DNA of 64,000 bases from Octopus vulgaris (GCA_951406725.2 OX597816.1:179614001-179678000), one strand, 5' to 3'. Counted from the stretch's first letter, positions 23,668 through 37,234 are shown. Made by a program: numbers and translations. Notes: generated from the letters alone by a model not told the origin.

Positions 23668-26600
23668 ATCTAAACCCTCAAAATTTACGAACTATACGGT
23701 GCGGGGGGATCTAAACCCTCTAAATTCACGAACTTTACGGTGCGGGGGGATCTAACCCACTAAATTCACGAACTATACGGTGCGGGGGGATCTAAACCCT
23801 CTAAATTCACGAACTATACGGTTTGGGGGGATGTAAACCCACTAAATTCACGAACTATACGGTGCGGGGAGATCTAAACCCACTAAATTTACGAACTATA
23901 CGGTTTGGGGGATGTAAAGCCTCTAAATTCACGAACTATACGGTGCGGGGAGATCTAAACCCTCTAAATTCACGAACTGTAGGGTGCGGGGGGATCTAAA
24001 CCCTCTAAATTCACGAACAAAATGGTGCGGGGGGATCTAAACACTTTAAATTTACGAACTATACAGTGCGGGGTGATCTAAACCCTCTAAATTCACGAAC
24101 TTTACGGTGCGGGGGAATCTAAACCCACTAAATTCACGAACTATATGGTGCGGGGGGATCTAAACCCACTAAATTCACGAACTATATGGTGCGGGGGGAT
24201 CTAAAACCACTAAATTGACGAACTATACGGTGCGGGAGGATCTAAACCCACTAAATTCACGAACTATACGGTGCGAAGGGATCCAAACCCTCTAAATTCA
24301 CAAACTATACGGTGCGGGGGTATCTAAACCCTCGAAATTCACGAACTATACGGTGCGGGAGGATCTAAACCCACTAAATTCACGAACTATACGGTGCGAA
24401 GGGATCCAAACCCTCTAAATTCACAAACTATACGGTGCGGGGGGATCTAAACCCACTAAATTCACGAACTTTACGGTGCGGGTGGATCTAAACCCACTAA
24501 ATTCACGAACTAAACGGTGCGGGGGGATCTAAACCCTCTACATTTACGAACTATACGGTGCGGGGGTATCTAAACCCACTAAATTTACGAACTATACGGT
24601 GCGGGGGATCTAAACCCACTACATTTACGAACTATACGGTGCGGGGGTATCTAAACCCACTAAATTTACGAACTATACGGTGCGGGGGGATCTAAACCCT
24701 CTAAATTCACGAACTATAGGGTGCGGGGGGATCTAACCCTCGAAATTCACGAACTATACGGTGCGGGAGGATCTAAACCCACTAAATTCACGAACTATAC
24801 GGTGCGGGGGCATCTAAACCCTCTAAATTGACGAACTATACGGTGCGGGGGTATCTAAACCCACTAAATTGACGAACTATACGGTGCGGGGGCATCTAAA
24901 CCCTCTAAATTGACGAACTATAAGGTGCGGGGGGATCTAAACCCATTACATTTACGTACTATACTGTGCGGGGGGATCTAAAACTACTAAATTTACGAAC
25001 TATACGGTGTGGGGGGGATCTAAACCCACTACATTTACGAACTATACGGTGCGGGGGTATCTAAACCCTCTAAATTTACGAACTATACGGTTCGGGAGGA
25101 TCTAAGCACTCTAAATTCACGAACAATACGGTGCGGGGGAATCTAAACCCACTAAATTCACGAACTATATGGTGCGGGGGGATCTAAACCCACTAAATTC
25201 ACGAACTATATGGTGCGGGGGGATCTAAACCCACTAAATTCACGAACTATATGGTGCGGGGGGATCTAAAACCACTAAATTCACGAACTATACGGTGCGG
25301 GGGCATCTAAACCCTCTAAATTCACGAACTATATGGTGCGGGGGTATCTAAACCCACTAAATTCACGAACTATATGGTGCGGGGGTATCTAAAACCACTA
25401 AATTGACGAACTATACGGTGCGGGAGGATCTAAACCCACTAAATTCACGAACTATACGGTGCGAAGGGATCCAAACCCTCTAAATTCACAAACTATACGG
25501 TGCGGGGGTATCTAAACCCTCGAAATTCACGAACTATACGGTGCGGGAGGATCTAAACCCACTAAATTCACGAACTATACGGTGCGAAGGGATCCAAACC
25601 CTCTAAATTCACAAACTATACGGTGCGGGGGGATCTAAACCCACTAAATTCGCGAACTTTACGGTGCGGGTGGATCTAAACCCACTAAATTCACGAACTA
25701 AACGGTGCGGGGGGATCTAAACCCTCTAAATTCACGAACTATACGGTGCGGGGGTATCTAAACCCACTAAATTTACGAACTATACGGTGCGGGGGGATCT
25801 AAACCCACTACATTTACGAACTATACGGTGCGGGGGTATCTAAACCCACTAAATTTACGAACTATACGGTGCGGTGGGATCTAAACCCTCTAAATTCACG
25901 AACTATAGGGTGCGGGGGGATCTAACCCTCGAAATTCACGAACTATACGGTGCGGGAGGATCTAAACCCACTAAATTCACGAACTATACGGTGCGGGGGG
26001 ATCTAAACCCTCTAAATTCACGAACTATACGGTGCGGGGGTATCTAAACCCACTAAATTCACGAACTATACGGTGCGGGGGCATCTAAACCCTCTAAATT
26101 GACGAACTATAAGGTGCGGGGGGATCTAAACCCACTACATTTACGAACTATACTGTGCGGGGGGATCTAAAACTACTAAATTTACGAACTATACGGTGTG
26201 GGGGGATCTAAACCCACTACATTTACGAACTATACGGTGCGGGGGTATCTAAACCCTCTAAATTTACGAACTATACGGTGCGGGAGGATCTAAACACTCT
26301 AAATTCACGAACTATACGGTGCGGGGGCATCTAAACCCTCTAAATTGACGAACTATACGGTGCGGGGGTATCTAAACCCACTACATTTACGTACTATACT
26401 GTGCGGGGGGATCTAAAACTACTAAATTTACGAACTATACGGTGCGGGGGGATCTAAACCCACTAAATTTACGAACTATACGGTGCGGGGGTATCTAAAC
26501 CCACTAAATTTACGAACTATACGGTGCGGGGGGATCTAAACACTCTAAATTGACGAACTATACGGTGCGGGGGGATCTAAACCCACTAAATTCACGAACT

Positions 26601-27672
26601 ATACGGTGCGGGGGGATCTAAACCCACTAAATTCAAGAACTCTACGGTGCGGGGGGATCTAAACCCACTAAATTCAAGAACTCTACGGTGCGGGGGGATC
26701 TAAACCCACTAAATTCAAGAACTCTACGGTGCGGGGGGATCTAAACCCACTAAATTCAAGAACTCTACGGTGCGGGGGGATCTAAACCCACTAAATTCAC
26801 GAACTCTACGGTGCGGGGGATCTAAACCCACTAAATTCACGAACTCTACGGTGCGGGGGGATCTAAACCCACTAAATTCACGAACTCTACGGTGCGGGGG
26901 GATCTAAACCCACTAAATTCAAGAACTCTACGGTGCGGGGGGATCTAAACCCACTAAATTTACGGACTATACGGTGCGGGGGGATCTAAACCCACTAAAT
27001 TCAAGAACTCTACGGTGCGGGGGGATCTAAACCCACTAAATTAACGGACTATACGGTGCGGGGGGATCTAAACCCACTAAATTCACGAACTCTACGGTGC
27101 GGGGGGATCTAAACCCACTAAATTCAAGAACTCTACGGTGCGGGGGGATCTAAACCCACTAAATTCAAGAACTCTACGGTGCGGGGGGATCTAAACCCAC
27201 TAAATACACGAACTCTACGGTGCGGGGGGATCTAAACCCACTAAATTCACGAACTCTACGGTGCGGGGGGATCTAAACCCACTAAATTCACGAACTCTAC
27301 GGTGCGGGGGGATCTAAACCCACTAAATTCAAGAACTCTACGGTGCGGGGGGGGATCTAAACCCACTAAATTCAAGAACTCTACGGTGCGGGGGGATCTA
27401 AACCCACTAAATTCACGAACTCTACGGTGCGGGGGGATCTAAACCCACTAAATTCACGAACTCTACGGTGCGGGGGGATCTAAACCCACTAAATTCACGA
27501 ACTATACGGTGCGGGGGGATCTAAACCCACTAAATTCACGAACTCTACGGTGCGGGGGGATCTAAACCCACTAAATTCACGAACTCTACGGTGCGGGGGG
27601 ATCTAAACCCACTACATTTACGGACTATACGGTGCGGGGGGATCTAAACCCACTAAATTTACGGACTATACG
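23668..27672 (+). repeat. Tandem array of about 97 copies of a 41-bp unit (GATCTAAACCCACTAAATTCACGAACTATACGGTGCGGGGG)
   Basis: Period of 41 bp counted directly. No spacers, and no ORFs in the track across the array. Confidence 0.97.
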
Positions 27673-27910
27673 AGTGGGTGGGGAAATCCAGACTTAATCC
27701 TCGTCGCCGGAATTATAACAGAAGAAAAATCAAAGGTCACTTATTAAAACAAAACTCTATATCCACTAAATAATCATACTTTTTTTCATTTTTTCCTGAT
27801 TACCTTCTTCGTAAACCCGAAAAACATCGTGACCATTGGTATAGGAGTTTGACCGTGAAAAGAGAACAGACGAACATAACGTTCTTCCCTTCGCTTCTTT
27901 TATTAATTAT
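27673..27910 (-). mobile_element. Helitron/Helentron-like 5' terminal segment flanking the 41-bp array
   Basis: cgtgaaaagagaacagac is shared with 2424-2441 and is followed by an AT-rich terminus. Confidence 0.4.
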
Positions 27911-30900
27911 TTCCCCCTTGATTTTTATTTACTATTTTACGACCGTATACTGAACAATTACCCTCAATAGCTACTGTCTTTGTGTTTGGATTTCTTTTCA
28001 AACCGGTGTTAGTTTGATTACATCCCCGTAACTTAGCAGTTCCTCAATAGAAATCGATAGAATAAGTACCAGGCTTAAAAATAATTACAGGCTCCAATTT
28101 GTACAACGTACCCAGCCCGACTGCAGTCCAGTGAATGAAACAAATAAATGATAAAAGATAAAATATAACAAATGTGAAAAGTTCTCCAGTTTTGGACAGA
28201 TTTGCAACCTACTGGGATTGACGTATTTTCTGGTTTTAAAGAAGAATCCAAATCTGTTGGAGGCAGATTTGGCAATGATTAAATATGAGGTTATCATCAG
28301 AAAAGGAGGCAAAGCATTTTGCAGCCCGATTTAATATTTTAGTTATCTCTCGTTGATGAATAAAGATGGTGAGATCCAATTATATTTCTTGGATATGTGT
28401 AGAGATTGAGTCTTTTTGTTTTGGAAAGATTTTAAGTTGTCATGAAGAATGTTTTCGCGGTCTCTGCGTACCGGGTAGAGAGGTAAGGGACTCTTTACCA
28501 CTCAGCCGATGGCATTTTTTTCCAGGTCCGGCCTGGTGATGTTTGTGTGTAGCAGCAACACTGAGCCAGATATGTGACCAATATGTCAAAATAGGTCGCA
28601 CACGAGGCTCAGTAAGTAGTAATCAAGCCTGTTACATTTTCTGGCCTTGAATATAAATCCTAGACCTTGAGATGCAGTTGTAGCAAAGCTACACTTGAAG
28701 TTACCATCAAAGATTATCGGAGATTGCAAGAAACATCATTTATGGTGACGTTGAGGGTTTTAATTCTGTGTTGTTCATGATTAGAGAGAGTAAGGAACTG
28801 CACTGTATTTTTGTGCCGTTTAAAGATGATCTACTTTACTGAATATGATTGTAAACTTCAGGTTAGCTTTGATTAGACCTTTATTCTCAGGATATTTGAA
28901 GGAGATTTGGCTGCTGTTTCTAGCAGGTAATGTGATCATTTAGGGAATGCCCTGTTAGCTTGAAGTGTGTTTCCGCGATCTGTTCATAGAATCAGTATAC
29001 TTTGGCATGAAGTAGCTAAGTAGCTTATAGATGACATTTGTTGTATGCAGAAGGCCACGAAAGCTGTTATGACCGTCATCGTTAGCTGCAACAGCATTAT
29101 AAGTTATAATAGTAATAGCCAATGGCAACAGAAAACTTTTGACCCGTTTTATAAAAGAACACAATAGATAATGTAGACTTGGATACATTTTGCTTGAAAA
29201 ACAGACAAAATACTGAAGTTTGGAATGATGTTTAAACAATGGAAAATTAACACAACAGCCATGTCATCAAAACTACCATCACCAACGTCATTCCATGAAA
29301 CCACTTCAAACACTTCACAATCATACCACCACCACCAACAACAACAACAAGAACAACAACACCACCACCACCACCACAACCGCTGCCGCCGCCACCACCG
29401 TCATCATCGTACCATTACAGCTACCCCTAATTATAACAACCATGGACAACAGCTACAATCAATAAACCAGTTGTTAGAAATAGCAACTAAACCCTCATCA
29501 AACTTCGTCCTATCGTCTTTAAAAAAAAAGAAGAAGGAAGGATGGCTGTTGTCTTAATTTTTCATTGTTTAAACATTGTAATCTTAGAAACACATCCAAA
29601 GAAGATGGACCAACTACTCACGGCTGGAATACATTTCATGACATTTCAGTTTAATCAGAACAACAGCAACAACGACAACAACCACAACAAGAGCAGTCAT
29701 GATATGCAACTTAGATATTTTGGCGAATACCTATATGTCGATAAATACCTGAATATGAGAGTTTTACACGGAAGGAAAATTACAGAGATAATTTTTAGAT
29801 ATGAAAAATAAGGCAGACCGAGATGATTAGAGAATGTTAGTGGGAATCTAAGCACTGTCAGGTAATCTGGTCCCTATTTCTCCACCGCTAGGTGAACTGA
29901 AGTGATGCCAAATGAAGTATTCTGACCAGAAAGAACGAAAGCGAGAAGGGGATTTGATAGCAAGTTATTTTACATCTCCGACAGCTCTATGAAGCTTTCT
30001 TTGTTTGAACTCCGCAACATGATATCTCAGGGAAGAAAAAATTTGTAAGAAACAGACGATATTAGATTTGTTCTTACAATTCTCCGATAAATAACTGACA
30101 AAGAGCAATAATAGAAACATATATAAAAATAAATGTACACCTATCACTAATGGCTACAATCGTATCTCTGTAATTGGTTCCATTTACTGCTGAGATCGAA
30201 GAACAGAAGCAACAACTCAGCAATAAGATCAAGAAAAGGAGTCAGCCGACAGCGACATTTATGTCTTTTAAGTAGGCGACGTGTTACTGTAATATTGTCA
30301 TTATATCACCTTCATCGCCATTGTCGTCGTCATCACCACATATATCATCATTATATCAGTCCCATCGTCATCATCATCAAGAAAAGTACCACCAAGACGA
30401 TGTAAACAGCCACCTTCACCGCCGAGTCCTTCCGCTACAAACAATGACAATGCCAAAATATCAATAAATACATACATCTATGAGGCTAAAAAGAGCGGCT
30501 TCTTCGATAACTTTGCTGTTACTGATCAATGCTTGTTCACAGCAGAGCGCAGGATCTCATCCCATTGAGTAATAGACAAAAGCACAAGACTTGCATGTAT
30601 CGCCAAATGTCAACTTGAAAAGAAGCAAAAAATGAATATAGGATACATTTCAGTGACTTACATTTATCTTTTTTAAAATAAATGAAATAAACACATAAAT
30701 ACGTATAATGATTATATTAAAGTATATTTACATGTATGTTTGTGTAAGTGTGTATGTATGTGTGTGTCTGTCGGTCTATATGTCTGTCTGTATGTATACC
30801 ATTATCCAGTTTTATTTCACGATTTATTATCAGTAGAGGAAGAGTCGGTTTCTAACCTTGATCGAAGGATCCTTCACTGGAATTTCAACAACAACAACAA

Positions 30901-31323
30901 CAACAACAACGGCAGCAGCAGCAGCAGCAACAACAACAACAACAACAGTGTGCTTTTGCATGTATGCGTGTATATATGCAGTATTTGGAGTCAGTGTATG
31001 TGCCAGTCAGTATGTTTTTGTTTTATGTATGTATCCTCATGCATATATTTGCATATCTAGACATAGACATGTATGCTAAAACGATAAACGTCTGGAAAGA
31101 CTTACAAACTCTTACAGTTCCTGTGATGGCTTCGATCTGTAGTCTTAGAATCAGCTTTCGCCTTTCTGATTTTGAGAAGCCTAATTTCTCGAGATCAGTA
31201 CTTAGGTGGTGTGTTACATATTCCAGTACCTCGAATAATTACAGTGCCCCCAATAATTACAGGTAATAATTACCTGAACTTGTAATCTGGGTAGAGTAAC
31301 TGTAGATCCTCCAATAGTATGTA

Positions 31324-32707
31324 CGAGGGGCGTTCAATAAGTAATGCCTCTGACCCACTTGCAGTTGTTTGATAAATAAGTGCACAGTGCGGGGGGATCT
31401 AAACCCTCTAAATTTACGAACTATACGGTGCGGGGGGATCTAAATAAGTTTGTAAATTTAGAGGGTTTAGATCCCCCCGCACTGTGCACTTATTTATACC
31501 TCTATAGATTAAGTGGCAAATTACAGCTCTGAACTAATTATGGTTTCCGATTTACAGGTGTTTGAACTGAGTCAAGTGTGAAATGGAGCATGTTGAGTGT
31601 CGAGCAGTGATCCGGTTTTTGTATTTGAAAGGACGCACACCACGGGAGACTTTTCATGAAATGAAAGTAACTAATGGTGATGATGCCCCATCATATGACC
31701 TTGTAAAACGCTGGCATCGTGAATTCAAACATGGTTGGAACTCTGTGGAAACAGCTCCCAGATCTGGTCGCCCCGCTTCTGCCATTGATGAGGCATCTGT
31801 CCGTCAAGTTGAGGCAGCCATTTTGGAAGATCGACGCATAACTATTCGCCAAATAGCCCATGAGGTCAAGATTAGTACCGGGTCTGTGGAAACTATCATT
31901 CATGACCATTTGCATATGCAAAAGGTGTCTGCCAGATGGATTCCCAGACTGCTCACACCTTTCCAGAAGCAAGAACACGTCGATTGCTCGTGGATGAATT
32001 TGGAGATGTGCCAAGAAGATGAGTCAAAATTTTTCAAAAGACTGATTGCATAGGATAAAACCTGGGTCCATCACTATGATCCAGAGACCAAAGCCCAGTC
32101 AATGCAGTGGAAGCACCGTGACTCACCTCCTCCAAAGAAGGCAAGGGTGCAGCCCTCCGCTGGCAAGGTCATGCTTACAGTCTTCTGGGACCAGGACGGA
32201 GTAGTGATGACAGATTTCCTGGCAAATGGTGCCACAATTACAGGAGTCTATTATGCTTCACTTTTGAGGAAATTAAGAGAAGCTATCAAAATCAAGAGGC
32301 GGGGCAAGATCAGCAAAGGCATCCTCCTCCTGCAGGACAACGCTCCGATCCACAACTCGCGTGTCGCCAGATCAGAAGCACAGGCGTGCGGCTATGAACT
32401 CATTCCCCATCTCCCCTACTCTCCTGACCTTGCACCCTCTGATTTTCACCTCTTCCAGCCATGAAGTTGTTTTTGAAAGGAAATCGTTTCCCAGATGATG
32501 CAGCCTTTATTTCTGAAGTCACGTCGTGGTTGGAGGACCAAGCTGGGGTCTTCTACAGAAACGGTCTTCAGAGCTGCATCAAACGATGGGAGAAATGCGT
32601 AACTCTGGGTGGTTCCTATGTAGAAAAAGACTAATAACTGTTCCAAGTTTCGTAGCTCTACTGCTATGGGAAATGGGTCAGGGGCATTACTTATTGAACG
32701 TCCCTCG
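31324..32707 (+). mobile_element. Full-length mariner (DD34D) DNA transposon, inactive
   Basis: ~34-bp TIRs CGAGGG(G/A)CGTTCAATAAGTAATGCC(T/C)CTGACCCA and TA on both sides (31322-23, 32708-09). Confidence 0.95.
31583..32634 (+). pseudogene. Mariner transposase, premature stop at 32051-53 and frameshift near 32460
   Basis: HTH N-terminus, WIPRLL, *DKTWVHHYDPE, LLQDNAP, PYSPDLAPSDFHLF, then GNRFPDD...RWEKCVTLGGSYVEKD in another frame. Confidence 0.92.
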
Positions 32708-32709
32708 TA

Positions 32710-32742
<33 letters not shown>

Positions 32743-33855
32743 ATGTATGTATGTATGTATGTATGTATGTATGTATGTATGTATGTATGTATGTATGTGT
32801 GTATGTATGTGTGTATGTATGTATGTATGTATGTTTGTATGTGTATGTATGTATGTGTGTATGTATGTGTGTATGTATGTATGTATATTTGTATGTATGT
32901 ATGTATGTATGTATGCGTGTGTGTGTGTATGTATGTGTGTGTGTGTATGTATGTATGCATGTATGTACGTGTGTATGTATATATGTATGTATGTATGTAT
33001 GTGTGTATGTATGTGCGTATGTATGTGTGTATGTATGTATGTATGTATGTATGTATGTATGTATGTATGTATGTATGTATGTATGTATGTATGTGTATGT
33101 ATGTATGTATGTATGTATGTATGTGTGTATGTATGTGTGTATGTATGTATGTATGTATGTATGTATGTATGTATGTATGTATGTATGTATGTGTGTATGT
33201 GTGTATGTATGTATGTGTGTATGTATGTATGTATGTATGTATGTATGTATGTATGTATGTATGTATGTATGTATGTATGTGTGTATGTATGTATGTATGT
33301 ATGTGTGTATGTATGTGTGTATGTGTGTATGCATGTGTGTATGTATGTATGTATGTATGTATGTATGTATGTATGTATGTATGTATGTGCGTATGTATGT
33401 GTGTATGTATGTATGTATGTATGTATGTATGTATGTGTGTATGTATGTATGTATGTATGTATGTATGTATGTATGTATGTATGTATGTATGTATGTATGT
33501 GTGTATGTATGTGTGTATGTATGTATGTATGTATGTATGTATGTATGTATGTATGTATGTATGTATGTATGTATGTGTGTATGTATGTGTGTATGTATGT
33601 ATGTATGTATGTGTGTATGTATGTATGTGTGTATGTATGTGTGTATGTATGTGTGTATGTATGTATGTATGTATGTGTGTATGTATGTATGTATGTATGT
33701 ATGTGTGTATGTATGTATGTATGTATGTATGTATGTATGTATGTATGTATGTGTGTATGTATGTGTGTATGTGCGTATGTATGTATGTGTGTATGTATGT
33801 ATGTGTGTATGTATGTGTGTATGTATGTGTGTATGTGTGTATGTGTGTATGTATA
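32708..33855. repeat. 1.15-kb (TATG)n/(TG)n microsatellite
   Basis: Directly visible. Source of the MYVC/HTYI spurious ORFs. Confidence 0.97.
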
Positions 33856-34464
33856 CTTTTTCTTTGAGTTTAATTTAAGTTCTTGAGAGGGTTCAAGCCG
33901 GTCGCCGGTGTTTGTAGATACGTGGTTGAGTTGGTGTGTTGGTTAAACTTTCGATGCCTACAGCCAAGGAAGGAAGGAAGGATGGTTGGATGGATGGATG
34001 GATAGGTGGGTGGCTGGGTGGGTGGGTGTTTAGATGGATGGACACGCAAACTTACAATGAAATTATTACAGTTTGAAAGTGAAAGTAGTAGAGAATACTA
34101 AGATAAAGTATAGAGTATATTGTTTATTTAAACTGAAACCAATCCCGCGTATTGCGAAGTGAGCTGGTAAGGCACATAGCCATACTTGGGCAGAAGACAA
34201 TAACAAAATATCTCATAAACATACAGGATAATGAAGCCCTTAAAACCCCAAGATGTAACTGCATGTGTTGATTATGTTACTTGTGGGGGTCATGCAATCA
34301 GTAACTATCCAAAAATGTCATCGAGGTACTATTAATACATCCTAATGCGATATGATATTGTTACTAAGAGAATATACAACGCCTTCCGCAGAAAAGACTG
34401 CCCTAGGATAAATATAAAGAAATCTCTGCTATGGATAATACATCGGCAGAAGGAATACTGGTTT

Positions 34465-34670
34465 CAAATTTTGGTACAAGGCTAGCTAGTTCGGAGGAGG
34501 GTGTAAGCCGATAGCATCAACCCCAGAGTTCAACCTGTTCTTGTTTTATGACACTGAAAGGATGAAAGAAAAAGTCGAATTTGTGGAATTTGAACTTACG
34601 ACGCAAAGACGGACGAAATGCAGTTAAGCATTTTGGCCAGCGAGCTAACGATTCTGCCAGCTCGCCGCCT
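34465..34670 (-). mobile_element. OK-type SINE
   Basis: Reverse complement of ggcggcgagctggcagaatcgttagc...gagttcaaattcc. Confidence 0.75.
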
Positions 34671-35014
34671 TAGAACACAAGGAATATAGTGGAACATTAC
34701 CAACAAAACTTCTATCTAGCGCAAAAATAACAGATCTAACCCAGCTATTAAGAATAGAACCGCAAAGTCATGTACTGTCATAGAGGTTAGTTGCCATGTA
34801 GATGGAACATGTCTTTCAAAATCAGCGAGATGAATACCTATGGACGACTGCTTCGAAGCCGGCAACTTCTCTGACCTGATTATGAATTTACATTTATACC
34901 ATTGGTATTCGGTTGTTAGTAAATGTCTTAACCATATTCTAGAGAAGCTAGGATTTTCAAGCAACGAAAGATAACGGCTAACACGAACTCCTTTAGATGC
35001 AGCTTGTATCAGAT

Positions 35015-35150
35015 CCTGCGGTGTAGTGGCTATAATATCTGCTTCGCTTGCAGAGAGCTATGAGTTCGATGCTCACAAGAACCTTCTATTTGTCACTGGT
35101 GGCGTCCCAGCATGACCACAGGCTTTAGCTGAAACACATAAAAGACTAAG
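35015..35150 (+). mobile_element. tRNA-derived SINE / tRNA pseudogene
   Basis: A box gtgtagtgg and B box gagttcgatgc at tRNA spacing, then a SINE-like tail ccagcatgaccaca...gctgaaacacataaaag. Confidence 0.5.
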
Positions 35151-35674
35151 AGAACAAGGCTTTCTTAAAAGTCCGATATATAACAGACATCATTATCCCA
35201 ACGCTAATGATGGAGAATTTTTATTTCTTTGTTAGAAACCAGCGATAATAATCAGGTTTAGAGCTATAATGATTAAATGGGCCTAAATAAATCGAGGAGC
35301 CATTCGAAAATATAAATCAATCTGTATATTGAAATAAATGCATCTTCTGCAGGCACAACTGCGTTTCCAACAGACGTAGTAATATATAGATGGATAGTGA
35401 CTTGATCAGCGACTCGCCCAAGATGATATTACTCATTGTATTGTAATGTATATGAAGAAATCGGTGGTATCTGGTAAGGAAAGAAACATCATGAGTACAA
35501 ATGCGTTCAATTTGTTTTGCGAATAGCATTATAAGAGTACTCGAATTAAACGTTAAAAAAATGGAATTTATAATTAACATAGAGAAATTGACTCTCACAG
35601 CAACTGTGGTAATATTTCCGTTATACTTGCAAAATATTTGCTTTTATTAATGTAACAAGTCGTTTCAGTATTAT

Positions 35675-35830
35675 TCTATTTGTCGTTCTGAGTTCAAATG
35701 CCACCGACGTCGACTTTGCCTTTCATCCCTTCGGAGTTGATAAATTAAGTACCAGTTGTGTACTGGGGTCGATGTAATCGACTGACCTCTCCCCAAAATT
35801 TCGGGCCTTGTGCCTAGACCAGAAAGAGTT
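35675..35830 (+). mobile_element. OK-type SINE (5' truncated)
   Basis: ttctgagttcaaat...gtcgactttgcctttcatcc...gataaattaagtaccagt. Confidence 0.75.
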
Positions 35831-35979
35831 TTAGGTAATAATACTTACTTTAAAACCTGATACTTATTTTAACGATGTTATTTTTGCCTAATTTGCTAGC
35901 AAACGGAAGGAAAACAAACCACCGACGGTTCCAAAATGCACACACACACATACGTGTGCGCGCGCATATGTGTATGTAT

Positions 35980-36170
35980 GTATTTTCTCTCCGTTTTTTT
36001 CCTCTCCCCACCTGTTTTCTCTCCTCATTCCTTTCAGTAGAAGAGCGTTGGCTTGAAACGTCAAAGACTACCATTGTTTCTGAGCGTCAAACTAATACAC
36101 TATGTTTTTTTCCCTCACCTGTCTCTGTCTTTTGTGTTTTTGCTATAATTTTGAACCAAATATACATATA
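35980..36170 (+). mobile_element. Solo PLE pLTR-like fragment with decayed hammerhead (36031-36067)
   Basis: ctttcagtagaagagcgttggcttgaaacgtcaaagac...ctgagcgtcaaactaatacac, ending at a TA-rich tract. Confidence 0.65.
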
Positions 36171-36273
36171 TATTCATGTACTTATGTGAGTGTGTGTTTG
36201 TGAATGTGTGTAATGCAAAGTTCTCATAGTACTCGTTCTGGAGTTAATGTAGTATACATTAATAAACATATAA

Positions 36274-36341
<68 letters not shown>

Positions 36342-36445
36342 ATATATAGACATAAGTGACTTCAAATAAATACATATATGTATATGCATATATAAATGCA
36401 CCTAAATTTATATTTTCTTGCATAAGTCTCTGTAATTACACACAC

Positions 36446-36484
<39 letters not shown>

Positions 36485-36498
36485 CGCGCTCGCACACA

Positions 36499-36976
36499 TA
36501 CGAATGAAAAGCAGCCCGACAGGCTGGCTGCAACTTATAGGCGTAAGAGAATGTCTTCTTGTCAATACGCCTTGTGCTAAAAGATCCGGAAGTCATAGGC
36601 TAGCGAGATAACTTTCAGGACTTGTCAATACTACGTACCCAAAATGAGGCAACTTAAATCGTTCTCTACGACTACCTGCAAAATGGTGTGAGAACGTTTC
36701 TTACCGCGGAAAATTGCAAATACGAATGAAAAGCAGCCTTTGGGATATAAGCAATATTGAATGCAAATACACAAAGGCTGCGATTTATAGGCGTAAGAGA
36801 ATATCTTGTCGTCAATAGGCCTGGTGTTAAAACCCATTGAAGTCATAGGCAACCGAGATAACTCGCGTCAGGTCCCGTTGCAGGAACGGTAGACATTAAT
36901 GCATCGTCATCTTTGCGACTTATCAATACCACATACCCGAAACGAGGCGAGGCACAAGTTAAATCGTTCGCTATGA
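36499..36976. repeat. Two diverged tandem copies of a ~170-250-bp unit
   Basis: Shared blocks tacgaatgaaaagcagcc, tataggcgtaagagaat, gaagtcataggc, cgagataact and ttaaatcgttc at 36499-36672 and 36721-36976. Confidence 0.75.
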
Positions 36977-37000
36977 CACACACACATATATATATACATA

Positions 37001-37069
<69 letters not shown>

Positions 37070-37183
37070 ATAATTTCAGCAAAAACAATTACGATTCAAA
37101 TGAATTCAAATGAATATGGTACTTGACTTAGATGCACCAGGATTCTTTATGGTATTAACCATAAAATTATGGGTAAAATTCTT

Positions 37184-37234
<51 letters not shown>

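Noticed and set aside
23668-27672. CRISPR-like array
   Set aside because: Units are contiguous with no unique spacers, no cas genes are present, and the context is eukaryotic.
28075-28560. Possible decayed PLE C-terminus on the minus strand
   Set aside because: Only a vague Cys-containing resemblance, with too many stops to support.
32526-33886. 400-450-aa MYVC/HTYI ORFs
   Set aside because: Translations of the (TATG)n microsatellite.
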